24,000 nt of DNA from Cetobacterium sp. SF1 (GTDB lineage Bacteria; Fusobacteriota; Fusobacteriia; Fusobacteriales; Fusobacteriaceae), in NCBI RefSeq assembly GCF_050033475.1, contig NZ_CP188322.1, positions 101,953 through 125,952 on the forward strand, in the 5' to 3' direction. Made by a program: the position numbers and the translations under genes. Positions 12,553 to 21,395 of the stretch are shown here, piece by piece. Every line of letters begins with the position of its first letter. Within the stretch, counting starts at the first letter, position 1. The notes below the pieces were generated by a model. That model did no database searches and had not been told where the DNA came from. It worked only from the letters and a program-made list of their open reading frames with translations.

Positions 12553-13278
12553 TTATAATGATTTTATAAATATATATTTATTTTCTGAAGAAAGTTCTTG
12601 AGAGAAAATATAATTATTATCTTTGAAATTTTTAATTTTAGAAATATCTTCTATTTTATTTAAAATAAAATAGTCTAACATTTTCCCACGCATTTTTTTG
12701 GCTTCATTACTATTTATTTTTAAATTATTATTTTCTAAAATAAAAAAATCAATATCGACTACAGAAAATTTCTTTCGGTCGATAATTTTTGAAAATTCTT
12801 TAGAGGCAAGATTTATAATTAGTTCTTTTTCTTGGAAAAAATTATTTATATTTTCTTTCCAAAAATTATAAAGGGAAGTTTCCATAATTTTCATAGTCAT
12901 ATCTAATCTATAGGGCTTAATAAGAGTCATAGGAGTTAGAACACCATAAAAAGCAGATAAAATTCGACAATATTTATTAGCATATATTATATTTTCTGTG
13001 GAATATTTTTCTAATGATAAATTAGAAAAACTAACACCATCATAAAGAAATAAAGCTGGATGAGATTTTAAATTATTGTAATTAGAAATATTATTGATAG
13101 TTTCTGTTAAAAGTTTATCTTTAATTTTCATTATTTTACTTAAATCTTCAGATGATAAATTTTTAAGAATATTATTTAATAAATCGGATTCTTTTTTAAA
13201 ATGAATTATGTCATTAGAAAAAGAAATACTTATATTTTTATAATTCATACCTTTACTTGGAGAAAAAATAATTTTCAT
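12553..13278 (-). CDS. yaaA: YaaA-family peroxide stress protein (UPF0246/DUF328)
   Basis: The true start is taken as the ATG at 13278 (MKIIFSPSKGM, the family's N-terminal signature), preceded by GAGGTG. The listed 13335 start would run through the terminator hairpin of the upstream gene. Confidence 0.8.
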   Translation of the reverse strand: MKIIFSPSKGMNYKNISISFSNDIIHFKKESDLLNNILKNLSSEDLSKIMKIKDKLLTETINNISNYNNLKSHPALFLYDGVSFSNLSLEKYSTENIIYANKYCRILSAFYGVLTPMTLIKPYRLDMTMKIMETSLYNFWKENINNFFQEKELIINLASKEFSKIIDRKKFSVVDIDFFILENNNLKINSNEAKKMRGKMLDYFILNKIEDISKIKNFKDNNYIFSQELSSENKYIFIKSL

Positions 13279-13302
13279 AATACACCTCACTAAAAATTTA
13301 AT

Positions 13303-13341
13303 AAAAAAACAGTTGATACATAGATAGTATATCAACTGTTT
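13303..13341 (-). terminator. Rho-independent terminator after the second APC permease
   Basis: Stem AAACAGTTGATA (13307-13318) pairs with TATCAACTGTTT (13330-13341). On the minus strand it is followed by a T-run (complement of the A-run 13303-13309, three of which extend the stem). Confidence 0.7.
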
Positions 13342-13347
13342 GTAAAT

Positions 13348-14784
13348 TTAGTTATTTGTTTTTTTTGCAATTTTAGGAAGAATAAATCCTAAACCTACCA
13401 ATACAACTGGAGTTAAAATATTTAAAGTTAATTGGAAAAACCATTCAGAAGTAAATGCAGGTATATCTTTAGGGAAAACACCCATTGAGCAGGCAAATGC
13501 AGTAAATGCAAAACACCAAACTCCAACTAAAGTTGCTAATTTATCATTTTTTATAAATTTATACTTAGCATGAGCTGTTAAATTTTTATTTTTCAATAAT
13601 CCTCTTAATCCGATATAAGCCAGGAATACCCATAGATATCTTAAAGGCATAACTATAGAGTTCAAGTCTAATAACCAGTTATAAAGATTATTCATATTTC
13701 CTATTCCAAAGGCTGGGATAATGATAAGAATACTTACTAAAATAGCAGTTAATTTATATCCATTTATAGGAGCACCATATTCATTTGTGATTGCGAAAGA
13801 TTTAGGAATATATCTTTTGTCAGCATCACCAATTAATATTTTTAAAGGTGCATCTATTGAAAACATTAATCCTGCTACCTGTCCTAAGGCATTAGCAATA
13901 GCATATAAAACTAATAGTAAATTTCCAACACCATAATATTCACCAAGTAATTTGAATGCATAATATTGACCATTCATTTTTAAATCTGCTGGAATATTGT
14001 TACTGTTAAACATAATACCCATTGCAAAAGATCCTAATAAAGCTGACATACCAACCATTGCTGCAAGAGCTAACATTCCTTTAGGAAAATTTCTGTCTGG
14101 ATGATCTAGATCTTTAACATATGGAGATATTTTTTCAGCACCACCAACAGCAAAAATTAACATAGATATTGTTGTAAAATATCTAAAATCAAATTTAGGT
14201 AAGAAAGTACTCATACTCCATACTGTAGTCGCAGACTTAGCATCAACTAATTTTGGAGCTGCTACAGTTAAAAGTATATATAAAATTCCCATGAAAAACA
14301 TAGATGTTCCTGCAAGAGCACCAATTCTTTTTAAAGAGTTGATTCCCTTTGATGATAGCCATAAGAATACTAAAAATATTATTAATACTATACTTTGTAA
14401 AAGAATAGGATTGAAATTTTTAATAATACTTGCATCTTGGAAAAATACCCAACTTAAAGCAACTAAAACATTTTGAGGTTTTTGTGCTAAGTATGGAATA
14501 TGTACAACCCAATATGTCCAACCAGCTAAGTAAGCAATCATAGGTCCATAAGTAGATCCTATCCAACTTGAAACTCCACCAGATTGATGATCAAATACAG
14601 ATCCCATTTCTCCAACCATAAGTGCGTAAGGTAAAAAATATAAAGATAATATTAGTATCCAAGAAATAACAACTGTAAGACCTTGATTGGCATAGTTATT
14701 AACAACATTTCCAAATCCCCAAACAATTGTAAATCCCATCATGGCTAATGTTCGCCAATTGATTTTTTTAACGTTTGTTCCCAT
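13348..14784 (-). CDS. APC-superfamily amino-acid permease (YjeM-like)
   Basis: SD AGGAGC. The 478-aa protein has about 12 TMs. The N-terminal block GFGNVVNNY...GEMGS......GGVSSWI....GP..AYLAGWTYW parallels the 4537-5943 paralogue and YjeM-type transporters. Confidence 0.8.
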   Translation of the reverse strand: MGTNVKKINWRTLAMMGFTIVWGFGNVVNNYANQGLTVVISWILILSLYFLPYALMVGEMGSVFDHQSGGVSSWIGSTYGPMIAYLAGWTYWVVHIPYLAQKPQNVLVALSWVFFQDASIIKNFNPILLQSIVLIIFLVFLWLSSKGINSLKRIGALAGTSMFFMGILYILLTVAAPKLVDAKSATTVWSMSTFLPKFDFRYFTTISMLIFAVGGAEKISPYVKDLDHPDRNFPKGMLALAAMVGMSALLGSFAMGIMFNSNNIPADLKMNGQYYAFKLLGEYYGVGNLLLVLYAIANALGQVAGLMFSIDAPLKILIGDADKRYIPKSFAITNEYGAPINGYKLTAILVSILIIIPAFGIGNMNNLYNWLLDLNSIVMPLRYLWVFLAYIGLRGLLKNKNLTAHAKYKFIKNDKLATLVGVWCFAFTAFACSMGVFPKDIPAFTSEWFFQLTLNILTPVVLVGLGFILPKIAKKTNN

Positions 14785-14836
14785 TAATTCTGCTCCTTTT
14801 TTTATACAATTAAAAATATCACTTTATCAATGTCTA

Positions 14837-14865
14837 AGAATACAGTAAATATACGCAAAATGCAA
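14837..14865 (-). promoter_or_regulatory. Candidate sigma-70 promoter for the second APC permease
   Basis: On the minus strand: TTGCAT (plus 14865-14860), 17-nt spacer, TATTCT (14842-14837). Confidence 0.4.
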
Positions 14866-14941
14866 ATTTTTTTTATATAATTACTAAAAAATGAAATAAT
14901 ATTTTTATTTATCCTAAAAATATAGTATGGAATTTAAGAAT

Positions 14942-14970
14942 TTATATTTTTAAAATTAATGTGGTATAAT
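14942..14970 (+). promoter_or_regulatory. Candidate extended -10 promoter driving the small ORF and, by read-through, pabABC
   Basis: TGgTATAAT at 14962-14970 (TG-n-TATAAT), with a weak -35 TTATAT at 14942-14947 and 17-nt spacing. Confidence 0.5.
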
Positions 14971-14995
14971 AATAAAAAGCTGGGAGGGATGAATT

Positions 14996-15088
14996 ATGAA
15001 AGAAGAGCATAAGAAAAGAATCTATATGGCAATTGTTTTAATAATTATTTTAGCATTAGGGTTTTTCTGTTTACCATGGAATATTTAG
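14996..15088 (+). CDS. Unannotated 30-codon ORF encoding a small hydrophobic peptide (MKEEHKKRIYMAIVLIIILALGFFCLPWNI); either a leader peptide or a small membrane protein
   Basis: A strong SD GGGAGGGA (14982-14989) lies 6 nt before the ATG. The peptide has a charged N-terminus and one TM-length hydrophobic stretch. The TAG stop lies 10 nt before a terminator-like hairpin. The ORF is too short to appear in the supplied track. Confidence 0.4.
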   Translation: MKEEHKKRIYMAIVLIIILALGFFCLPWNI

Positions 15089-15098
15089 AGAGCAAAGA

Positions 15099-15137
15099 AA
15101 AAGTTTCTAAGGCTATTATTAGAAACTTTTTTTATTT
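15099..15137 (+). terminator. AU-rich terminator/attenuator hairpin immediately upstream of pabA
   Basis: AAAAGTTTCTAA (15099-15110) pairs with TTAGAAACTTTT (15119-15130) around an 8-nt loop, followed by a T-run. The pabA SD begins about 5 nt later. Confidence 0.55.
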
Positions 15138-15155
15138 AATAGAGGTGATTTTATT

Positions 15156-15743
15156 ATGATATTAATGATAGATAATTTTGATTCGTTTACTTATAATTTA
15201 GTTCAATATTTAGAAATGCTAAATGAAGAGGTTATAGTTCGAAGAAATAATAGTATAACAATAGAAGAAATAAAAAGATTAAGACCAGAAATAATAGTAA
15301 TTTCACCAGGACCAGGAAATCCAAAGGATGCTGGAATAAGTATGGAAATTATTGAAGTATTTAAAGGTAAAATTCCAATTTTGGGAATTTGTTTAGGACA
15401 TCAATCTATAGGAGAAATTTTTGGTGGAAATATAATAAAGGGATTAGAACCAGTTCATGGAAAAGTATACCCTATAATTCATAACAAAAAAGGAATATTT
15501 AAAGAATTACCAAGTCCGCTAAATGTAACTCGATATCATTCTCTAGTAATAGATAAGAAAACTTTGCCAGAGTGTCTTGAAATAACTGCTGAAACTGAAG
15601 ATGGTCAAATTATGGGTGTTAGACATAAAAAATTTTTAATAGAAGGAGTTCAATTTCATCCAGAAGCAATTTTAACAGAATATGGATTAGATATGCTTAA
15701 GAATTTTTTAATGGAGGCACAAAATGTTAATAAAGGAATTTAA
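15156..15743 (+). CDS. pabA: Aminodeoxychorismate/anthranilate synthase component II (glutamine amidotransferase)
   Basis: Class-I GATase triad context: GICLGHQ (nucleophile Cys) and VQFHPE (His/Glu). The length of about 195 aa is typical of PabA/TrpG. It is followed by pabB and pabC. Confidence 0.9.
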   Translation: MILMIDNFDSFTYNLVQYLEMLNEEVIVRRNNSITIEEIKRLRPEIIVISPGPGNPKDAGISMEIIEVFKGKIPILGICLGHQSIGEIFGGNIIKGLEPVHGKVYPIIHNKKGIFKELPSPLNVTRYHSLVIDKKTLPECLEITAETEDGQIMGVRHKKFLIEGVQFHPEAILTEYGLDMLKNFLMEAQNVNKGI

Positions 15744-17097
15744 AACTTCAAAAAATTCTATAGAAATTTTTGAAAATTTTTTAGAAGATGATTACGCAAT
15801 TTTTTTAGATAGTCAAAGAGATGAAAAAAAATTGGGAAGATATTCAATAATAGCAAGTAATCCTTTTATAAAAATAATTAGTAAAAATCAGCAAGTTACA
15901 ATTATTTATGTAGAACAAAATAAAAAAGAAATAATAACAACAACATCATCTTTAAGTGAACTATCAAATTTATTAGAAAAATATAAAATTTCCTATGATG
16001 GGGATTTTCCTTTTATAGGAGGAGCTTTAGGACATTTTTCTTATGATCTGCTAGAAGAAATAGAAAAAATAAATATATCTCAAGAAGATGATTTAAATAT
16101 TCCTGATTTTAATTTTGGAATTTATAATGAAGCTATAGTTATAGATAATTTATTCAATAAAAAGTATATAATAGCTCAGAGTTTTGTTAACAATATAGAC
16201 GAGAGAATAAAAAATATTGAAAATAAAATTTGTCAAAAAAAAATATTTAAGAATATATTTTATGATAAGAATAGTAAAATAGAAAACTGTATTGAAAAAG
16301 AAGAATATATAAAGGCAATTGAGATAGTTAAAGAAAATATTGAAATGGGTAATGTCTATCAAATAAATTATACTCAAAGATTTCAATGTCAATTAAATAA
16401 AAGTCCTTTTACTTTATATAAAAGACTAGGAGAAACTAATAAGGCTCCCTTTGCAAGTTATTTATCTTTGGAGGAATATCAAATAGTTTCTAGTTCTCCT
16501 GAAAGATTTATAAGAGTACAAAATAGAAAAATAGATACAAGACCAATTAAAGGAACAATTGCTAGAGGGAAAACAGAAATAGAGGATTTTAATAATAAAA
16601 ATATTTTAAAGAATAGTAAAAAAGATCAATCAGAATTATTAATGATTGTAGATTTGGAAAGAAATGATTTAGGTAAAATATGTAAAACAGGTAGTGTAAA
16701 GGTAGATGAACTATTTCATATAGAAGAATATGCAACAGTTTTTCAACAAATTGCTAATGTTGAAGGTATTTTAAAGGATAATATAGATTTAAAAGAGATT
16801 TTACAAGGTACTTTTCCTGGAGGATCCATAACAGGAGCTCCAAAAATAAAAGCTATGGAACTTATAGGAAAATTAGAAAAAACTAAAAGAAATATTTATA
16901 CAGGATCAATTGGATATATTAGTTTTAATGGAAATATAGATTTTAATATAGTTATAAGAACTGTTCTTTGTAAAAATAATATGGCTTATTTTCAAGTTGG
17001 AGGAGGAATCGTTTGGGATTCTGACGCAGAAGCAGAATATGAAGAAAGTTTATTAAAGGGTAAGGCTTTAAAGGAGGCCTTATTATGGAAAGAATAA
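15724..17097 (+). CDS. pabB: Aminodeoxychorismate synthase component I
   Basis: Chorismate-binding-enzyme motifs SSPERF, RPIKGT..RG, LERNDLG, FPGGSITGAPK and GG.GIVWDS. SD GGAGG. It overlaps pabA by 20 nt. Confidence 0.88.
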   Translation: MLIKEFKTSKNSIEIFENFLEDDYAIFLDSQRDEKKLGRYSIIASNPFIKIISKNQQVTIIYVEQNKKEIITTTSSLSELSNLLEKYKISYDGDFPFIGGALGHFSYDLLEEIEKINISQEDDLNIPDFNFGIYNEAIVIDNLFNKKYIIAQSFVNNIDERIKNIENKICQKKIFKNIFYDKNSKIENCIEKEEYIKAIEIVKENIEMGNVYQINYTQRFQCQLNKSPFTLYKRLGETNKAPFASYLSLEEYQIVSSSPERFIRVQNRKIDTRPIKGTIARGKTEIEDFNNKNILKNSKKDQSELLMIVDLERNDLGKICKTGSVKVDELFHIEEYATVFQQIANVEGILKDNIDLKEILQGTFPGGSITGAPKIKAMELIGKLEKTKRNIYTGSIGYISFNGNIDFNIVIRTVLCKNNMAYFQVGGGIVWDSDAEAEYEESLLKGKALKEALLWKE

Positions 17098-17840
17098 AAG
17101 AAATAAAAGAAGAAGGATTTTTATATGGTTATGGTTTATTCGAAACAATAAATATAAAAAATAAAATACCTAAGAATTTAGAGAAACATTTTTTAAGATT
17201 AAAATCCTCTGCCATGGATTTTAATATAGAATTTAGTTTAAATTATGATGAATTTAAAAATTTATTTTTTGAAGAGATTAGTAAATATAAAGAAAATGAT
17301 TTTATTTTAAGATTTACTCTTATTAAAGATGGGGATGAGAGTAAGTATTTTTTTAATAAAAGATCTAATCCATATGGAAAAGAAATTTATGAAAAAGGAT
17401 TTAAAGTTAAAATTTCAGATTTTTTAAGAAATGAAAATTCTAGATTGGTTTATTATAAGACTTTAAATTATATGGAAAATTATATGGAATTATTAGAAGC
17501 TCGAAAAGAAAATTATAATGAAGTAATTTTTTTTAATAGTAAAAATTATTTATGTGAAGGAGCTATTAGTAATATATTTATAATTTCTAAAGGAATTTTT
17601 TATACTCCTTCATTAAAAAATGGATTATTAAAGGGAATTATGAGAGATGAAATTATTAATAAATTAAAAGCTCATGGGGAAATTATTAAAGAAGAAAATA
17701 TAAATTTAAAATTTCTAATAGAAGCCGATGAAATTTTTATAACTAATTCCATTTTAGGAATTATGAAAGTTTCAGAATTAAATGGGAAAAAATATTCTAC
17801 TAGAGTAGTTGAAAGTTTAAAAGAAAAATTTAATATTTAA
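17085..17840 (+). CDS. pabC: Aminodeoxychorismate lyase (class IV aminotransferase fold)
   Basis: G.G.FET near the N-terminus and E.a.SNiF....g...TP....LkGi.R later are typical of PabC/IlvE-fold enzymes. SD AGGAGG. It overlaps pabB by 13 nt. Confidence 0.8.
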   Translation: MERIKEIKEEGFLYGYGLFETINIKNKIPKNLEKHFLRLKSSAMDFNIEFSLNYDEFKNLFFEEISKYKENDFILRFTLIKDGDESKYFFNKRSNPYGKEIYEKGFKVKISDFLRNENSRLVYYKTLNYMENYMELLEARKENYNEVIFFNSKNYLCEGAISNIFIISKGIFYTPSLKNGLLKGIMRDEIINKLKAHGEIIKEENINLKFLIEADEIFITNSILGIMKVSELNGKKYSTRVVESLKEKFNI

Positions 17841-17842
17841 TT

Positions 17843-17877
17843 AAAAAGAGGGCATTTGCATAATGCCCTCTTTTATT
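17843..17877. terminator. Bidirectional rho-independent terminator between pabC (+) and the AGCS symporter (-)
   Basis: AGAGGGCATT (17847-17856) pairs with AATGCCCTCT (17862-17871) around a 5-nt loop, flanked by A-run and T-run. Confidence 0.85.
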
Positions 17878-17878
17878 A

Positions 17879-19270
17879 TTAATCCCAATATTCAATAGTG
17901 TTTTTATAGTTAGATTTAATATTTTCTTTAATAAATACTGGATCTTTTCCTTCTTTTTTTTGTGATAAATAGTCTTGTAGAGCTTCAAAAGCAATTTTTC
18001 CTAATAAAGCTATAGCAATTAGATTAAGAATAGCCATTAGAGCCATAAATAAATCTGCAAGATTCCATACTAAAACTAAGTCTGTAATAGCTCCGAAGAA
18101 AACCATAAAAATAACAAGAACTCTATAAATATGAAGATATATTTTATTTTCAGTTAAAAATTCAATATTTGTTTCTCCATAATAATAATTTCCTACAATG
18201 GAACTAAATGCAAATAGTAAAATACATATAGCAATAAAAATATTTCCCCAATGACCAACTTGTGAACTAAGAGCTTTTTGAGTTAGTTGAATTCCAGTTG
18301 CCGAGGAACCTTCATGTACACCTGAAACTAAAACCATAAATGCAGTACATGAACAAATTATAATAGTATCAGTAAAAACTCCTAAGGTTTGTACAAATCC
18401 TTGTTTAACAGGATGGCTTATATCAGCAGTAGCAGCAGCATTAGGAGCAGACCCCATTCCAGCTTCATTAGAAAAAAGTCCTCTTTTAACACCGATCATT
18501 ATAGTAGCACCTAGCCCACCACCAAAAACAGATTGAAAATTAAAGGCTTGATTAATTATATTTGAAAAGATACTTGGAATTAAGTGAATATTTTTTATTA
18601 TAACTAGAAGAGAAATTAATATATATAGAATAGCCATAACTGGTACAACAGTTGCACTAAAATTTGCAACACGATGAACACCACCAAATATTATAACAGC
18701 GGTAGCTAGAGCTAAAATGATTCCAACAATAGTTTTATCAAAATTAAAGGCTTCTTCAAAGGCTAAAGAAATAGTATTAGATTGAACAGAATTGAATATT
18801 AAACCAAAGGCAATAGAAATAAGAATAGAAAACATGATGCCCATCCATTTTTTATTGAGAGCTTTATCCATATAATATGCAGGGCCCCCTCTGTAGGTAT
18901 CACCATTTTTAACTTTATAAATTTGAGCAAGAGTACTTTCAACAAAACTAGAAGCACCACCAATAATAGCAATAAGCCACATCCAAAAGATAGAACCTGG
19001 TCCACCTGTAGCTATGGCAATGGCAACACCAGCTAAATTACCTGTTCCAACTCTAGAAGCAGTACTTATACAAAAAGCCTTAAAAGAAGAAATACCATTA
19101 GCCTGCTGTGCACTTCCACCCAAAAGTTTAAACATATGAGGAATATGCTTTAACTGTACAAAATTACTTTTCAATGTGAAATAAAATCCAATAGATAAAA
19201 GCATAATTATTAAAACATATCCCCATAAGATATCATTTGAAAAATTAACAAAATTGTGAATAAAATTCAT
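17879..19270 (-). CDS. Alanine/glycine:cation symporter (AGCS family, TC 2.A.25)
   Basis: SFKAFCISTASRVGTGNLAGVAIAIATGGPGSIFWMW is the AGCS family signature region. The 463-aa polytopic protein has the SD AAGGGGGG. Confidence 0.88.
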   Translation of the reverse strand: MNFIHNFVNFSNDILWGYVLIIMLLSIGFYFTLKSNFVQLKHIPHMFKLLGGSAQQANGISSFKAFCISTASRVGTGNLAGVAIAIATGGPGSIFWMWLIAIIGGASSFVESTLAQIYKVKNGDTYRGGPAYYMDKALNKKWMGIMFSILISIAFGLIFNSVQSNTISLAFEEAFNFDKTIVGIILALATAVIIFGGVHRVANFSATVVPVMAILYILISLLVIIKNIHLIPSIFSNIINQAFNFQSVFGGGLGATIMIGVKRGLFSNEAGMGSAPNAAATADISHPVKQGFVQTLGVFTDTIIICSCTAFMVLVSGVHEGSSATGIQLTQKALSSQVGHWGNIFIAICILLFAFSSIVGNYYYGETNIEFLTENKIYLHIYRVLVIFMVFFGAITDLVLVWNLADLFMALMAILNLIAIALLGKIAFEALQDYLSQKKEGKDPVFIKENIKSNYKNTIEYWD

Positions 19271-19371
19271 TATAACCCCCCTTTTTTATAATTCAAGAGA
19301 TTATAATATAAATTAAAAAAATATAAAAATATATATTTTATAGATGGATATATAAAATATTAATATATAAT

Positions 19372-20313
19372 TTAATTGTTTTCAATATTATTTAAATCTG
19401 TTTTCAATAAAATTAAAGAGTTTTTTACATAGTGATAAAAAACAATGAAGATATTATCTGAAAAAATATTTGTATTTGTACTTGTATTATCTGAATTTCC
19501 ATCAGTTGTTGAAGTTGGTGTTTCAGTAGTACTTGGACTAGATCCTAAAACAGAAAAAATAAATCCAAGAGAAAAACTAGTTAAAAAAATACCTAGAATA
19601 GTCTCACAAACGCTTATAAGTCTAATATATGGATTTATAGCAGTAATAGGTCCTGTTCCAACAGTTGTCAGACTTCCTAAACTTATATATACATAATTTA
19701 AGTAATTTGAAAAAATAAAATTAGAAGGTTTTTCTACACCATCAAACATATTACTAGAGGCCATTAAATTGGCAATATAATAAAAAGAACCAAATGATAT
19801 ACCTAAGATAATATAAGTTAAAAAGGTTGTGATAATATCAACACCTGCAATTTTTTTCTTTTTATAAATTAACATAATAAATTGTCTAGAGACTATTAAA
19901 AGAATTAAAAACATAGTAACAAAAACTGTAATTATATGAAGTATTTTAATAACAATTTCATCTAGAGAGCCTGCCAAAAATTGATCATTAAAAATACCTA
20001 AAATAGGAATTAAAACAGTAAAATATAATAGAAGACTCATTGAGAAGAAAATGTGATCGCTTAAAAAGCGTTTAAATTTAAATCTGAAAAAATAAAGGCA
20101 AGGATATAGCATAATAAAAATAGAAAAAATCATAGCACAGCTACTAGATATAAAAACTTTAGAATTCCAAACGACATTAAATTTATAGAATTCAATTGCT
20201 GTTAAAAAAAGAGAAAGAAAAAAGGAAATACTTCTGATTTCCTTTCTTTTTAAATGATCATATGCTTGAATCTTAAGAAATAAAAAGTTAAAAAATTTAG
20301 AAATATATTTCAT
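19372..20313 (-). CDS. Ion-channel protein with a potassium-channel-type pore domain (TM-P loop-TM) and a non-canonical TVGTG filter
   Basis: The start is taken at ATG 20313, with GGAGGAG just upstream; the listed TTG 20325 has no SD. There are four N-terminal TMs, then TM / pore helix YISLGSLTTVGTGPI / TM, then a Ser/Thr/Asn-rich tail. Confidence 0.65.
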   Translation of the reverse strand: MKYISKFFNFLFLKIQAYDHLKRKEIRSISFFLSLFLTAIEFYKFNVVWNSKVFISSSCAMIFSIFIMLYPCLYFFRFKFKRFLSDHIFFSMSLLLYFTVLIPILGIFNDQFLAGSLDEIVIKILHIITVFVTMFLILLIVSRQFIMLIYKKKKIAGVDIITTFLTYIILGISFGSFYYIANLMASSNMFDGVEKPSNFIFSNYLNYVYISLGSLTTVGTGPITAINPYIRLISVCETILGIFLTSFSLGFIFSVLGSSPSTTETPTSTTDGNSDNTSTNTNIFSDNIFIVFYHYVKNSLILLKTDLNNIENN

Positions 20314-20378
20314 AAACTCCTCCAAAATAATGTAAAGTATAATTAATAATATAATTTTATAAAAAACTAGTCAATCTT

Positions 20379-20407
20379 TTGACAAGAAATAAGTTAAAAT
20401 GTATTCT
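20379..20407 (+). promoter_or_regulatory. Candidate sigma-70 promoter for the NlpC/P60 - FMN-binding - response-regulator gene string
   Basis: TTGACA (20379-20384), 17-nt spacer, TATTCT (20402-20407). The -35 is part of the short inverted repeat GTCAA-N4-TTGAC (20370-20383). Confidence 0.5.
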
Positions 20408-20444
20408 ATAAAAATAATACTATTTATTTACTACTGGAGGAATT

Positions 20445-20903
20445 ATGAAAAACTTTTTTAGATTTATAATAATTTTTATGATTTGTTTTTTAACTGGATG
20501 TACATCAGCAAAAATTTCTCAAAAAGAAAGAAATAATAGGTTATCAAAAATAAAAACTTTTTATACTGAATGGAAAGGAACAAAGTATAAATATGGAGGG
20601 CAGAGTAAAAAAGGAGTTGATTGTTCTGGCTTAGTAGGAATTTTTTTCAAAGAAGAATATAATAAATCTATTCCACGAACAACTTTAGAAATAGCAAAAG
20701 AAGGTGAAGAAGTATCGAGCATATCTGATTTAGAAGTTGGTGATATAGTTTTATTTAAAATAAGAAGAAAAGTTTATCATACAGGACTATATATTGGGAA
20801 TGGAAAATTTTTACATTCCTCAACTCAAAAAGGAGTTATGATTTCAATGTTTGATGACTATTGGTTAAAAAAATATTGGCAAAGTAGAAGAATATTACAA
20901 TAG
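20445..20903 (+). CDS. NlpC/P60 (C40) family peptidoglycan endopeptidase lipoprotein
   Basis: Lipobox FLTGC. Catalytic Cys context GVDCSGLV and His context YHTGLYIGNGKFLHSS. SD GGAGGA. Confidence 0.88.
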   Translation: MKNFFRFIIIFMICFLTGCTSAKISQKERNNRLSKIKTFYTEWKGTKYKYGGQSKKGVDCSGLVGIFFKEEYNKSIPRTTLEIAKEGEEVSSISDLEVGDIVLFKIRRKVYHTGLYIGNGKFLHSSTQKGVMISMFDDYWLKKYWQSRRILQ

Positions 20904-20951
20904 TTATAGTAAATAACTTTAATATATTTTAAATAAAAAAGGGGTGGTCAA

Positions 20952-21380
20952 ATGATTAAAATATTTATTTTAACCATATTGTTAGCAACTTTTACAAATG
21001 CTCAAAATCTTAAAGATGGTTTTTATTCGGTTAGAACAGATAAAACTTATTTCTTTTATTATCCAACAACAACAATGACTGTAAAAAATGGAGAAATAGT
21101 AGCAGTAACTCACGATAGAACCAAGTTAGATGGAAAAAAAGCGTCTGAGGATGAAGATTACAATAAAAATATGTTAGAAAATAGAGGAGTTAATGCAGAA
21201 ATATATTCTAAAAAATTAGTAGAAGAATATTTTGCAGCAAATAAAAATTTAGATAAAGTAGAAAATATTGCTGGGGCTACAGATTCAAGTAGACATTTTA
21301 AAAGTCAAATGAGATTTTTAATAGAAAAAGCACAAACAAAAGGCCCAGGAAATTATATAATGAAAAATTATGACTTATAA
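20952..21380 (+). CDS. Secreted FMN-binding-domain (FMN_bind-like) protein
   Basis: Signal peptide MIKIFILTILLATFTNA. DGFY...; V.NGEIVAV; and the C-terminal ENIAGATDSS resemble the FMN_bind pattern ending in D-x-x-s/t-G-A-T-x-S, but Glu replaces the usual Asp. SD AAGGGGTGG. Confidence 0.55.
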   Translation: MIKIFILTILLATFTNAQNLKDGFYSVRTDKTYFFYYPTTTMTVKNGEIVAVTHDRTKLDGKKASEDEDYNKNMLENRGVNAEIYSKKLVEEYFAANKNLDKVENIAGATDSSRHFKSQMRFLIEKAQTKGPGNYIMKNYDL

Positions 21381-21395
21381 AATTAGGAGATATTA

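Noticed and set aside
15077-15079. A single Trp codon three codons before the leader-ORF stop, considered as a trp-style attenuation signal because PabA/TrpG can be shared with tryptophan synthesis.
   Set aside because: There is only one Trp codon and no tandem control codons. A ribosome stalled there would not reach the hairpin arm, and no alternative antiterminator pairing is evident. The logic of classical Trp attenuation does not fit.
19276-19281. A C6/G6 homopolymer within the SD of the AGCS symporter gene, and various A8-A9/T8 runs inside genes, considered as phase-variation tracts.
   Set aside because: The tracts are short and are expected at this base composition. The G6 is simply the SD. 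There are no frameshifted gene halves anywhere in the window.
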